DNA from: Candidatus Marinacidobacterium sp.
GTDB lineage: Bacteria; Acidobacteriota; Vicinamibacteria; Marinacidobacterales; Marinacidobacteraceae
DNA length: 64,000 nt
Direction of reading: 5' to 3'
Assembly: GCA_965220965.1 (NCBI GenBank)
Contig: OZ244852.1
Span: forward strand, 1,184,001 to 1,248,000
The notes beneath the pieces were generated by a model. It had not been told where the DNA came from. It saw nothing but the letters and a program-made list of their open reading frames with translations, and ran no database searches. Shown here piece by piece: positions 28,801 to 43,800 of this stretch; positions within the stretch are counted from its first letter, which is position 1; the number at the start of each line of letters is the position of its first letter. A program made the translations under genes and the position numbers.

Positions 28801-31800
28801 GTGGTTGGCGACGGGACGGCGTCGAGCCAGGAGGTGACCGGGCTGACGAACGGGACCGCCTACGACTTCGAGGTGCGGGCGGTGAACGCCGGGGGCAACG
28901 GTGCGGCCGCGCAGGTGACCGCGACCCCGAACCCGCCGATCCCCGAGGCGCCGGGTCTCACGGCGACGCCGGACGACACGAAGGTGACGCTGAACTGGAC
29001 GGCGCCGACGAACACGACGAACATCGACAAGTACCAGTTCCAGTACCGGACGAGCCCGAGCGGGGCGTGGGTCACCTGGGCGGACGTGGTTGGCGGCGGG
29101 ACGGCGTCGAGCCAGGAGGTCACCGGGCTGACGAACGGGACGGCCTACGACTTCGAGGTGCGGGCGGTGAACGCCGGGGGCAACGGTGCGGCCGCCCAGG
29201 TGACGGCGACCCCGAACCCGCCGCTGCCCGAGGCGCCGGGTCTGTCTGCGACGCCGGACGACACGAAGGTGACGCTGAACTGGACGGCGCCGACGAACAC
29301 GACGAACATCGACAAGTACCAGTTCCAGTACCGGACGAGCCCGAGCGGGGCGTGGGTCACCTGGGCGGACGTGGCGGGCGGCGGGACGGCGTCGAGCCAG
29401 GAGGTCACCGGGCTGACGAACGGGACCGCCTACGACTTCGAGGTGCGGGCGGTGAACAGCGGGGGCAACGGTGCGGCCGCCCAGGTGACCGCGACCCCGA
29501 ACCCGCCGCTGCCCGAGGCGCCGGGTCTCACGGCGACGCCGGACGACACGAAGGTGACGCTGAACTGGACGGCGCCGACGAACACGACGAACATCGACAG
29601 ATACCAGTTCCAGTACCGGACGAGCCCGAGCGGGGCGTGGGTCACCTGGGCGGACGTGGCGGGCGGCGGGACGGCGTCCACCCAGGAGGTCACCGGGCTG
29701 ACGAACGGGACGGCCTACGACTTCGAGGTGCGGGCGGTGAACGCCGGGGGCAACGGGGCGGCCGCCCAGGTGACGGCGACGCCGAACCCGCCGCTGCCCG
29801 AGGCGCCGGGTCTGAGCGCGACGCCGGACGACACGAAGGTGACGCTGAACTGGACGGCGCCGACGAACACGACGAACATCGACAAGTATCAGTTCCAGTA
29901 CCGGACGAGCCCGAGCGGGGCATGGATCACCTGGGCGGACGTGGCTGGCGGCGGGACGGCGTCGAGCCAGGAGGTCACCGGGCTGACGAACGGGACCGCC
30001 TACGACTTCGAAGTGCGGGCGGTGAACGCCGCGGGCAACGGTGTGGCCGCCCAGGTGACGGCGACCCCGAACCCGCCGCTGCCCGAGGCGCCGGGTCTCA
30101 CGGCGACGCCGGACGACACGAAGGTGACGCTGAACTGGACGGCGCCGACGAACACGACGAACATCGACAAGTACCAGTTCCAGTACCGGACGAGCCCGAG
30201 CGGGGCGTGGGTCACCTGGGCGGACGTGGCGGGCGGCGGGACGGCGTCCACCCAGGAGGTCACCGGGCTGACGAACGGGACCGCCTACGACTTCGAGGTC
30301 CGGGCGGTGAACAGCGGAGGCAACGGTGCGGCCGCCCAGGTGACGGCGACCCCGAACCCGCCGCTGCCCGAGGCGCCGGGTCTGAGCGCGACGCCGGACG
30401 ACACGAAGGTGACACTGAACTGGACGGCGCCGACGAACACGACGAACATCGACAAGTACCAGTTCCAGTACCGGACGAGCCCGAGCGGGGCGTGGGTCAC
30501 CTGGGCGGACGTGGCGGGCGGCGGGACCGCGTCGAGCCAGGAGGTGACCGGGCTGACGAACGGGACGGCCTACGACTTCGAGGTGCGGGCGGTGAACGCC
30601 GGGGGCAACGGTGCGGCCGCCCAGGTGACGGCGACCCCGAACCCGCCGCTGCCCGAGGCGCCGGGTCTGTCGGCGACGCCGGACGACACGAAGGTGACGC
30701 TGAACTGGACGGCGCCGACGAACACGACGAACATCGACAAGTACCAGTTCCAGTACCGGACGAGCCCGAGCGGGGCGTGGATCACCTGGGCGGACGTGGC
30801 GGGCGGCGGGATGGCGTCCACCCAGGAGGTCACCGGGCTGACGAACGGGACGGCCTACGACTTCGAGGTGCGGGCGGTGAACGCCGGGGGCAACGGTGCG
30901 GCCGCGCAGGTGACGGCGACCCCGAACCCGCCGCTGCCCGAGGCGCCGGGTCTGTCGGCGACGCCGGACGACACGAAGGTGACGCTGAACTGGACGGCGC
31001 CGACGAACACGACGAACATCGACAAGTACCAGTTCCAGTACCGGACGAGCCCGAGCGGGGCGTGGGTCACCTGGGCGGACGTGGCTGGCGGCGGGACCGC
31101 GTCGAGCCAGGAGGTCACCGGGCTGACGAACGGGACCGCCTACGACTTCGAGGTGCGGGCGGTGAACAGCGGGGGCAACGGTGCGGCCGCCCAGGTGACC
31201 GCGACCCCGAACCCGCCGCTGCCCGAGGCGCCGGGTCTCACGGCGACGCCGGACGACACGAAGGTGACGCTGAACTGGACGGCGCCGACGAACACGACGA
31301 ACATCGACAAGTACCAGTTCCAGTACCGGACGAGCCCGAGCGGGGCGTGGGTCACCTGGGCGGACGTGGCGGGCGGCGGAACGGCGTCGAGCCAGGAGGT
31401 CACCGGGCTGACGAACGGGACCGCCTACGACTTCGAGGTGCGGGCGGTGAACAGCGGGGGCAACGGTGCGGCCGCCCAGGTGACGGCGACCCCGAACCCG
31501 CCGCTGCCCGAGGCGCCGGGTCTCACGGCGACGCCGGACGACACGAAGGTGACGCTGAACTGGACGGCGCCGACGAACACGACGAACATCGACAAGTACC
31601 AGTTCCAGTACCGGACGAGCCCGAGCGGGGCGTGGATCACCTGGGCGGACGTGGCGGGCGGCGGGACGGCGTCCACCCAGGAGGTGACCGGGCTGACGAA
31701 CGGGACCGCCTACGACTTCGAGGTGCGGGCGGTGAACAGCGGGGGCAACGGGGCGGCCGCCCAGGTGACGGCGACCCCGAACCCGCCCGCGCCCGAGGCG

Positions 31801-34800
31801 CCGGGTCTCACGGCGACGCCGGACGACACGAAGGTGACACTGAACTGGACGGCGCCGACGAACACGACGAACATCGACAAGTACCAGTTCCAGTACCGGA
31901 CGAGCCCGAGCGGGGCGTGGGTCACCTGGGCGGACGTGGCGGGCGGCGGGACGGCGTCGAGCCAGGAGGTGACCGGGCTGACGAACGGGACGGCCTACGA
32001 CTTCGAGGTGCGGGCGGTGAACGCCGGGGGCAACGGTGCGGCCGCCCAGGTGACGGCGACCCCGAACCCGCCGCTGCCCGAGGCGCCGGGTCTCACGGCG
32101 ACGCCGGACGACACGAAGGTGACGCTGAACTGGACGGCGCCGACGAACACGACGAACATCGACAAGTACCAGTTCCAGTACCGGACGAGCCCGAGCGGGG
32201 CGTGGGTCACCTGGGCGGACGTGGCGGGCGGCGGGACGGCGTCGAGCCAGGAGGTGACCGGGCTGACGAACGGGACCGCCTACGACTTCGAGGTGCGGGC
32301 GGTGAACGCCGGGGGCAACGGGGCGGCCGCCCAGGTGACCGCGACCCCGAACCCGCCGCTGCCCGAGGCGCCGGGTCTCACGGCGACGCCGGACGACACG
32401 AAGGTGACGCTGAACTGGACGGCGCCGACGAACACGACGAACATCGACAAGTATCAGTTCCAGTACCGGACGAGCCCGAGCGGGGCGTGGGTCACCTGGG
32501 CGGACGTGGCTGGCGGCGGGACGGCGTCGAGCCAGGAGGTGACCGGGCTGACGAACGGGACCGCCTACGACTTCGAGGTGCGGGCGGTGAACGCCGGGGG
32601 CAACGGGGCGGCCGCGCAGGTGACCGCGACCCCGAACCCGCCGCTGCCCGAGGCGCCGGGTCTCACGGCGACGCCGGACGACACGAAGGTGACGCTGAAC
32701 TGGACGGCGCCGACGAACACGACGAACATCGACAAGTACCAGTTCCAGTACCGGACGAGCCCGAGCGGAGCATGGGTCACCTGGGCGGACGTGGCGGGCG
32801 GCGGGACGGCGTCGAGCCAGGAGGTGACCGGACTGACGAACGGGACCGCCTACGACTTCGAGGTCCGGGCGGTGAATGCCGGGGGCAACGGTGCGGCCGC
32901 CCAGGTGACGGCGACGCCGAACCCGCCGCTGCCCGAGGCGCCGGGTCTGAGCGCGACGCCGGACGACACGAAGGTGACGCTGAACTGGACGGCGCCGACG
33001 AACACGACGAACATCGACAAGTACCAGTTCCAGTACCGGACGAGCCCGAGCGGGGCGTGGGTCACCTGGGCGGACGTGGCTGGCGGCGGAACGGCGTCCA
33101 CCCAGGAGGTCACCGGGCTGACGAACGGGACCGCCTACGACTTCGAGGTGCGGGCGGTGAACAGCGGGGGCAACGGTGCGGCCGCCCAGGTGACGGCGAC
33201 CCCGAACCCGCCGCTGCCCGAGGCGCCGGGTCTGAGCGCGACGCCGGGCGACACGAAGGTGACGCTGAACTGGACGGCGCCGACGAACACGACGAACATC
33301 GACAAGTACCAGTTCCAGTACCGGACGAGCCCGAGCGGGGCGTGGATCACCTGGGCGGACGTGGCTGGCGGCGGGACGGCGTCCACCCAGGAGGTCACCG
33401 GGCTGACGAACGGGACCGCCTACGACTTCGAGGTCCGGGCGGTGAACGCCGGGGGCAACGGTGCGGCCGCGCAGGTGACGGCGACCCCGAACCCGCCGCT
33501 GCCCGAGGCGCCGGGTCTGAGCGCGACGCCGGACGACACGAAGGTGACGCTGAACTGGACGGCGCCGACGAACACGACGAACATCGACAAGTACCAGTTC
33601 CAGTACCGGACGAGCCCGAGCGGGGCGTGGGTCACCTGGGCGGACGTGGCTGGCGGCGGGACGGCGTCGAGCCAGGAGGTGACCGGACTGACGAACGGGA
33701 CCGCCTACGACTTCGAGGTCCGGGCGGTGAACGCCGGGGGCAACGGGGCGGCCGCCCAGGTGACGGCGACCCCGAACCCGCCGCTGCCCGAGGCGCCGGG
33801 TCTCACGGCGACGCCGGACGACACGAAGGTGACGCTGAACTGGACGGCGCCGACGAACACGACGAACATCGACAAGTACCAGTTCCAGTACCGGACGAGC
33901 CCGAGCGGGGCGTGGGTCACCTGGGCGGACGTGGCGGGCGGCGGAACGGCGTCGAGCCAGGAGGTGACCGGACTGACGAACGGGACCGCCTACGACTTCG
34001 AGGTCCGGGCGGTGAACGCCGGGGGCAACGGTGCGGCCGCCCAGGTGACGGCGACCCCGAACCCGCCGCTGCCCGAGGCGCCGGGTCTCACGGCGACGCC
34101 GGACGACACGAAGGTGACGCTGAACTGGACGGCGCCGACGAACACGACGAACATCGACAAGTATCAGTTCCAGTACCGGACGAGCCCGAGCGGAGCATGG
34201 GTCACCTGGGCGGACGTGGCGGGCGGCGGGACGGCGTCCACCCAGGAGGTCACCGGACTGACGAACGGGACGGCCTACGACTTCGAGGTGCGGGCGGTGA
34301 ACGCCGGGGGCAACGGTGCGGCCGCGCAGGTGACGGCGACCCCGAACCCGCCGCTGCCCGAGGCGCCGGGTCTGTCTGCGACGCCGGACGACACGAAGGT
34401 GACGCTGAACTGGACGGCGCCGACGAACACGACGAACATCGACAAGTACCAGTTCCAGTACCGGACGAGCCCGAGCGGGGCGTGGGTCACCTGGGCGGAC
34501 GTGGCTGGCGGCGGGACGGCGTCCACCCAGGAGGTCACCGGGCTGACGAACGGGACCGCCTACGACTTCGAGGTCCGGGCGGTGAACAGCGGGGGCAACG
34601 GTGCGGCCGCCCAGGTGACGGCGACCCCGAACCCGCCGCTGCCCGAGGCGCCGGGTCTGTCTGCGACGCCGGACGACACGAAGGTGACGCTGAACTGGAC
34701 GGCGCCGACGAACACGACGAACATCGACAAGTACCAGTTCCAGTACCGGACGAGCCCGAGCGGGGCGTGGGTCACCTGGGCGGACGTGGCGGGCGGCGGG

Positions 34801-37800
34801 ACGGCGTCGAGCCAGGAGGTCACCGGACTGACGAACGGGACGGCCTACGACTTCGAGGTCCGGGCGGTGAACGCCGGGGGCAACGGGGCGGCCGCGCAGG
34901 TGACGGCGACCCCGAACCCGCCGCTGCCCGAGGCGCCGGGTCTCACGGCGACGCCGGACGACACGAAGGTGACGCTGAACTGGACGGCGCCGACGAACAC
35001 GACGAACATCGACAAGTACCAGTTCCAGTACCGGACGAGCCCGAGCGGGGCGTGGGTCACCTGGGCGGACGTGGCTGGCGGCGGAACGGCGTCGAGCCAG
35101 GAAGTGACCGGGCTGACGAACGGGACCGCCTACGACTTCGAGGTGCGGGCGGTGAACGCCGGGGGCAACGGGGCGGCCGCGCAGGTGACGGCGACCCCGA
35201 ACCCGCCGCTGCCCGAGGCGCCGGGTCTCACGGCGACGCCGGACGACACGAAGGTGACGCTGAACTGGACGGCGCCGACGAACACGACGAACATCGACAA
35301 GTACCAGTTCCAGTACCGGACGAGCCCGAGCGGGGCGTGGGTCACCTGGGCGGACGTGGCTGGCGGCGGAACGGCGTCGAGCCAGGAAGTGACCGGGCTG
35401 ACGAACGGGACCGCCTACGACTTCGAGGTGCGGGCGGTGAACAGCGGGGGCAACGGTGCTGCCGCCCAGGTGACGGCGACGCCGAACCCGCCGCTGCCCG
35501 AGGCGCCGGGTCTGAGCGCGACGCCGGACGACACGAAGGTGACGCTGAACTGGACGGCGCCGACGAACACGACGAACATCGACAAGTACCAGTTCCAGTA
35601 CCGGACGAGCCCGAGCGGGGCGTGGGTCACCTGGGCGGACGTGGCTGGCGGCGGGACGGCGTCGAGCCAGGAGGTGACCGGGCTGACGAACGGGACGGCC
35701 TACGACTTCGAGGTGCGGGCGGTGAACGCCGGGGGCAACGGGGCGGCCGCCCAGGTGACGGCGACCCCGAACCCGCCGCTGCCCGAGGCGCCGGGTCTGA
35801 GCGCGACGCCGGACGACACGAAGGTGACGCTGAACTGGACGGCGCCGACGAACACGACGAACATCGACAAGTATCAGTTCCAGTACCGGACGAGCCCGAG
35901 CGGGGCGTGGGTCACCTGGGCGGACGTGGCGGGCGGCGGAACGGCGTCGAGCCAGGAGGTGACCGGGCTGACGAACGGGACGGCCTACGACTTCGAGGTG
36001 CGGGCCGTGAACGCCGGGGGCAACGGTGCGGCCGCCCAGGTGACGGCGACCCCGAACCCGCCGCTGCCCGAGGCGCCGGGTCTCACGGCGACGCCGGACG
36101 ACACGAGGGTGACGCTGAACTGGACGGCGCCGACGAACACGACGAACATCGACAAGTATCAGTTCCAGTACCGGACGAGTCCGAGCGGGGCGTGGGTCAC
36201 CTGGGCGGACGTGGCTGGCGGCGGAACCGCGTCGAGCCAGGAAGTGACCGGGCTGACGAACGGGACGGCCTACGACTTCGAGGTGCGGGCGGTGAACAGC
36301 GGGGGCAACGGTGCGGCCGCCCAGGTGACGGCGACCCCGAACCCGCCGCTGCCCGAGGCGCCGGATCTCACGGCGACGCCGGGCGACACGAAGGTGACGC
36401 TGAACTGGACGGCGCCGACGAACACGACGAACATCGACAAGTACCAGTTCCAGTACCGGACGAGCCCGAGCGGGGCGTGGGTCACCTGGGCGGACGTGGC
36501 GGGCGGCGGGACGGCGTCGAGCCAGGAGGTGACCGGGCTGACGAACGGGACCGCCTACGACTTCGAGGTCCGGGCGGTGAACAGCGGGGGCAACGGTGCG
36601 GCCGCCCAGGTGACGGCGACCCCGATGCTGGCGAACCAGCCGCCGACGGTCGTGGGGACCGGGATCGACGACCAGACCGTCGACGAGGGAGGGGCCACGA
36701 CCGTTGTGGAGCTCGCCGGCGCGTTCAGCGACCCCGAGGGCCAGCCGCTGACGTTCACGGCCGTTTCGAGTGACACCGCGCTGGCGACGGTGGCGGTGAC
36801 CGGTTCGACGCTGACGATCACAGGGGTCGCGTTGGGGACCGCGACGGTCACGGTGACCGCCGCCGATCCGGAAAACCTGTCGGTCACCGACGACTTCACG
36901 GTGACGGTCGAGGCTGTGCTCCCCGAGGCGCCCGGGGACTTCGAAGCGACCCACGGCGACACAAGGGTCACGCTGAGCTGGACGGCCCCCACGAATACGA
37001 GCCAGATCCTCTACTACGAGATGCGCTACGGGATCTGGGAGCCCTTCGAGCCAGGCGCCTGGACGAGGGTTCCCGGCGACGGAGGAGCCACCGGCCTCGA
37101 GGTGACCGGCCTCAGCAACCGCTATCGATACAGGTTCGAAGTCCGGGCGGTCAACGACGCCGGACGCGGCCCCGTCGCCTCGAAGACCGCGCATCCGCTG
37201 CCCTTGCTCCCCGATGCGCCCACCGGCTTCACCGCGGACGCGGGCGACGCCCAGGTCGTGCTGAACTGGACGGTTCCCACGAACACGACCGAAATCGACT
37301 GGATGGAGGTCCGCTACGGGAAGACCTCCGAGGGCCTCGACGGACGAGGCTGGGTCATCCTGCCGGGCAAACCGACCAAGACGACCTATACCGCGACCGG
37401 GCTGGAGAACGGTGAGGAATACACCTTCCACGTCCGGGCAAAGAACTACATCGGGTGGGGTCCCCACGCCTCCACGACCGCCACGCCGGTCCTTTCGGCT
37501 CCCGATGCGCCGACCGGCTTCACCGCGACGCCTGGCGACACCGAGGTCTCGCTGAGCTGGACACCGCCGACGAACACCAGCGAGATCGATGACTTCCAGA
37601 TCCGCTACCGGGAGACCTCGGACACGACGACCGAGGGCCCTTGGACCACTCTCGCGGCCAACGTCACGAGTTACACGGTTATCGGGCTGACGAACGGGAC
37701 GGAATACACGTTCGACGTCCGGGCGCGGAACACGGAGGGGGACAGCGCGCCGGCGACGACGACCGGCATTCCCGCCCTGAACGCGCCCGACGCGCCGGGG

Positions 37801-40800
37801 AGCTTCGAAGCAGCGCCGGGCGACACGAAGGTCACGCTGAGCTGGACCATCCCCACGAACACCAGCGAAATCGACAGCTTCCGGGTGCGTTACCGCGAAA
37901 ATGCGGCCCCCCCGAACTCGGGAACCTGGACCACGGTGGATGGAGCGGCGACCAGCTACGAGGTCCCGGGGCTCGCCAACTGGACCTTCTACCGGTTCGA
38001 GATCCAGGCGGTGAACACCGCCGGGAACAGCCCGATCGCGTGGAAGACCGCGACTCCGGCGGCCCCGACCCCCGACGCTCCCGAGAATCTCGAGGCGCGC
38101 CCGGGAGACACCGTGGTCGTGCTCACCTGGAGCGCGCCGGCGAACACCAACGAGCCCCTCATCTACACCTACCGCTACAAGCAGAGTTCGGCGGCGCAGT
38201 TCGGATCCTGGTTCCCGGTGGGCGGCGTAAACCCCACCGAACGACACGTCGACGGCCTGACGAACGGGATCGAATACACGTTCGAAGTGCGCGGGAGCCA
38301 CTTCGGAGGAGACGGCGCGGCCGCCTCGGTGACCGCAACGCCCACCCTGGCGCTACCCCCGGCGCCCGCGGACCTCCGAGCGACGCCAGGAGACACCCAG
38401 GTCACGCTGAACTGGGCCCGCACCAATGCCTCGACCGAGGTCGACAACTTCGAGGTTCGCCACCGGGGCACGGGCGGCTGGACCGCCTGGACCACCGTCC
38501 CGGGCGGAGAAGACGCCAGAAGCACCACGATCACCGGCCTTACGAACGGAGTCCGGTACTTCTTCGAAGTGCGGTCGGTCAACAGCCGGGGGAACAGCGC
38601 CGCCAACACGGCGTCGGCGATTCCGATTCCGCCGCTTCCCGACGCGCCGGGCAGCCTCACGGCGACGGCGGGCGACTCGAGCGTGTCGCTGAGCTGGACG
38701 ACGCCGGCGAACACGAGCTCGATCGACAAGTACCAGGTCCAGCACCGCACGAGCCCGAACGGGGCGTGGACCACCTGGACCGACGTTGACGGCGGCGGAA
38801 CGGCTTCCAGCCACACGGTCGCCGGGCTGACGAACGGGGTCCCCTACGACTTTGCGGTGCGGGCGGTGAACAGCGAGGGCGAGGGGCCGGCCGCCGAAGT
38901 GCCTGCGACGCCGATGAACCAGCCGCCGACGCTGGACAACCCGATCGCGGACCAGTCGGTCACGGTGGGGGAGACGACGGACGTGGAGCTGGCGAACGTG
39001 TTCAGCGATCCGGGTGGGCAGACGCTGACGCTGACGGCGCTCTCGAGGGACACCGCGCGGGCGACGGTGGTGGTGAACGGGACGACGCTGGAGATCACCG
39101 GGGTTGCGGTGGGGACGCCGACGGTGACGGTGACCGCCGACGATGGAGAGGGCGGCTCGGTCACGGACACGTTCACGGTGACGGTGTCGCCGGTGATCCC
39201 GGCGGCGCCGGGTCTCACGGCGACGCCGGACGACACGAAGGTGACGCTGAACTGGACGGCGCCGACGAACACGACGAACATCGACAAGTACCAGTTCCAG
39301 TACCGGACGAGCCCGAGCGGGGCGTGGGTCACCTGGGCGGACGTGGCGGGCGGCGGGACGGCGTCGAGCCAGGAGGTGACCGGGCTGACGAACGGGACGG
39401 CCTACGACTTCGAGGTCCGGGCGGTGAACGCCGGGGGCAACGGTGCGGCCGCCCAGGTGACGGCGACCCCGAACCCGCCGCTGCCCGAGGCGCCGGGTCT
39501 GTCTGCGACGCCGGACGACACGAAGGTGACGCTGAACTGGACGGCGCCGACGAACACGACGAACATCGACAAGTACCAGTTCCAGTACCGGACGAGCCCG
39601 AGCGGGGCGTGGGTCACCTGGGCGGACGTGGCGGGCGGCGGGACGGCGTCGAGCCAGGAGGTGACCGGGCTGACGAACGGGACGGCCTACGACTTCGAGG
39701 TCCGGGCGGTGAACGCCGGGGGCAACGGGGCGGCCGCCCAGGTGACGGCGACCCCGAACCCGCCGCTGCCCGAGGCGCCGGGTCTGAGCGCGACGCCGGA
39801 CGACACGAAGGTGACGCTGAACTGGACGGCGCCGACGAACACGACGAACATCGACAAGTACCAGTTCCAGTACCGGACGAGCCCGAGCGGGGCGTGGGTC
39901 ACCTGGGCGGACGTGGCGGGCGGCGGAACGGCGTCGAGCCAGGAGGTGACCGGGCTGACGAACGGGACGGCCTACGACTTCGAGGTCCGGGCGGTGAACG
40001 CCGGGGGCAACGGAGCGGCCGCCCAGGTGACGGCGACCCCGAACCCGCCGCTGCCCGAGGCGCCGGGTCTCACGGCGACGCCGGACGACACGAAGGTGAC
40101 GCTGAACTGGACGGCGCCGACGAACACGACGAACATCGACAAGTACCAGTTCCAGTACCGGACGAGCCCGAGCGGGGCGTGGGTCACCTGGGCGGACGTG
40201 GCTGGCGGCGGGACCGCGTCGAGCCAGGAGGTGACCGGGCTGACGAACGGGACGGCCTACGACTTCGAGGTCCGGGCGGTGAACGCCGCGGGCAACGGGA
40301 CGGCCGCCCAGGTGACGGCGACCCCGAACCCGCCGCTGCCCGAGGCGCCGGGTCTGTCTGCGACGCCGGACGACACGAAGGTGACGCTGAACTGGACGGC
40401 GCCGACGAACACGACGAACATCGACAAGTACCAGTTCCAGTACCGGACGAGCCCGAGCGGAGCGTGGATCACCTGGGCGGACGTGGCTGGCGGCGGAACG
40501 GCGTCGAGCCAGGAGGTGACCGGGCTGACGAACGGGACCGCCTACGACTTCGAGGTGCGGGCGGTGAACGCCGGGGGCAACGGGGCGGCCGCCCAGGTGA
40601 CCGCGACGCCGAACCCGCCGCTGCCCGAGGCGCCGGGTCTCACGGCGACGCCGGACGACACGAAGGTGACGCTGAACTGGACGGCGCCGACGAACACGAC
40701 GAACATCGACAAGTACCAGTTCCAGTACCGGACGAGCCCGAGCGGAGCGTGGATCACCTGGGCGGACGTGGCGGGCGGCGGAACGGCGTCGAGCCAGGAG

Positions 40801-43800
40801 GTGACCGGGCTGACGAACGGGACCGCCTACGACTTCGAGGTGCGGGCGGTGAACGCCGGGGGCAACGGTGCGGCCGCCCAGGTGACGGCGACGCCGAACC
40901 CGCCGCTGCCCGAGGCGCCGGGTCTCACGGCGACGCCGGACGACACGAAGGTGACGCTGAACTGGACGGCGCCGACGAACACGACGAACATCGACAAGTA
41001 CCAGTTCCAGTACCGGACGAGCCCGAGCGGGGCGTGGGTCACCTGGGCGGACGTGGCGGGCGGCGGGACGGCGTCCACCCAGGAGGTCACCGGGCTGACG
41101 AACGGGACCGCCTACGACTTCGAGGTCCGGGCGGTGAACAGCGGAGGCAACGGTGCGGCCGCCCAGGTGACGGCGACCCCGAACCCGCCGCTGCCCGAGG
41201 CGCCGGGTCTGAGCGCGACGCCGGACGACACGAAGGTGACACTGAACTGGACGGCGCCGACGAACACGACGAACATCGACAAGTACCAGTTCCAGTACCG
41301 GACGAGCCCGAGCGGGGCGTGGGTCACCTGGGCGGACGTGGCGGGCGGCGGGACCGCGTCGAGCCAGGAGGTGACCGGGCTGACGAACGGGACGGCCTAC
41401 GACTTCGAGGTGCGGGCGGTGAACGCCGGGGGCAACGGTGCGGCCGCCCAGGTGACGGCGACCCCGAACCCGCCGCTGCCCGAGGCGCCGGGTCTGTCGG
41501 CGACGCCGGACGACACGAAGGTGACGCTGAACTGGACGGCGCCGACGAACACGACGAACATCGACAAGTACCAGTTCCAGTACCGGACGAGCCCGAGCGG
41601 GGCGTGGATCACCTGGGCGGACGTGGCGGGCGGCGGGATGGCGTCCACCCAGGAGGTCACCGGGCTGACGAACGGGACGGCCTACGACTTCGAGGTGCGG
41701 GCGGTGAACGCCGGGGGCAACGGTGCGGCCGCGCAGGTGACGGCGACCCCGAACCCGCCGCTGCCCGAGGCGCCGGGTCTGTCGGCGACGCCGGACGACA
41801 CGAAGGTGACGCTGAACTGGACGGCGCCGACGAACACGACGAACATCGACAAGTACCAGTTCCAGTACCGGACGAGCCCGAGCGGGGCGTGGGTCACCTG
41901 GGCGGACGTGGCGGGCGGCGGGACCGCGTCGAGCCAGGAGGTGACCGGACTGACGAACGGGACAGCCTACGACTTCGAGGTGCGGGCGGTGAACAGCGGG
42001 GGCAACGGGGCGGCCGCCCAGGTGACGGCGACCCCGAACCCGCCGCTGCCCGAGGCGCCGGGTCTGTCTGCGACGCCGGACGACACGAAGGTGACGCTGA
42101 ACTGGACGGCGCCGACGAACACGACGAACATCGACAAGTACCAGTTCCAGTACCGGACGAGCCCGAGCGGGGCGTGGGTCACCTGGGCGGACGTGGCTGG
42201 CGGCGGGACCGCGTCGAGCCAGGAGGTCACCGGGCTGACGAACGGGACCGCCTACGACTTCGAGGTCCGGGCGGTGAACAGCGGGGGCAACGGTGCGGCC
42301 GCGCAGGTGACGGCGACCCCGAACCCGCCGCTGCCCGAGGCGCCGGGTCTGTCGGCGACGCCGGACGACACGAAGGTGACGCTGAACTGGACGGCGCCGA
42401 CGAACACGACGAACATCGACAAGTACCAGTTCCAGTACCGGACGAGCCCGAGCGGGGCGTGGGTCACCTGGGCGGACGTGGCGGGCGGCGGGACGGCGTC
42501 GAGCCAGGAGGTGACCGGGCTGACGAACGGGACCGCCTACGACTTCGAGGTGCGGGCGGTGAACGCCGGGGGCAACGGGACGGCCGCCCAGGTGACGGCG
42601 ACCCCGAACCCGCCGCTGCCCGAGGCGCCGGGTCTCACGGCGACGCCGGACGACACGAAGGTGACGCTGAACTGGACGGCGCCGACGAACACGACGAACA
42701 TCGACAAGTACCAGTTCCAGTACCGGACGAGCCCGAGCGGGGCGTGGGTCACCTGGGCGGACGTGGCTGGCGGCGGGACGGCGTCGAGCCAGGAGGTGAC
42801 CGGGCTGACGAACGGGACCGCCTACGACTTCGAGGTCCGGGCGGTGAACGCCGGGGGCAACGGTGCGGCCGCGCAGGTGACGGCGACCCCGAACCCGCCG
42901 CTGCCCGAGGCGCCGGGTCTCACGGCGACGCCGGGCGACACGAAGGTGACGCTGAACTGGACGGCGCCGACGAACACGACGAACATCGACAAGTACCAGT
43001 TCCAGTACCGGACGAGCCCGAGCGGGGCGTGGGTCACCTGGGCGGACGTGGCGGGCGGCGGAACGGCGTCGAGCCAGGAGGTGACCGGGCTGACGAACGG
43101 GACCGCCTACGACTTCGAGGTCCGGGCGGTGAACGCCGGGGGCAATGGTGCGGCCGCCCAGGTGACAGCGACCCCGGCGCTGGCGGTCCCCGGCCAGCCG
43201 CAGAACCTAACCGCCGCCGCGGGGAACGCCCAGGTCACGCTGAACTGGAATGCGCCAACGAACACGACCGAGATCCTCCGCTACGAGGTTCGCTGGCGGG
43301 AGACCCGGGCGAACACCTGGGCGAACTGGACCAATGTGATCGGGGCCACCACAACCACGATCACCGGGCTGAACAACGGAATCGAGCACATCTTCCAGGT
43401 GCGGGCCGTGAACAGCGAAGGGACCGGCCCCCACAACTCGGTGACCGCGACGCCGACCCTGACGAAGCCCGAGGCCCCCGGGGGCCTCACCGCGACGGCC
43501 GGGGACACCGAGGTCACGCTGACCTGGACCGCGCCGACGAACACCAACGAGATCGACGGCTACGAAGTCCGCTACCGGGAGGGCGCGGGGACGTTCGAGG
43601 AATGGGCCACGGTGAACGGCGGCGCCAGCGCCAGGACCACGACGGTCACCGGGCTGACCAACGGAATCGTTCACACCTTCGAGGTGCGCGCGGTCAACGA
43701 AATCCACGATGGCGACGTGGCCTCGACGACGGAGACGCCGACGCTGCCGAAGCCGGACGCGCCGGGGAACTTCAACGCGGCGCCGGGCGACACCGTGGTC

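Noticed and set aside
21250-43180. 285-bp repeats as a CRISPR array or DGR template/variable repeats
   Set aside because: The repeats are contiguous and protein-coding with no spacers; differences are not adenine-specific; no cas or reverse transcriptase gene in the window.
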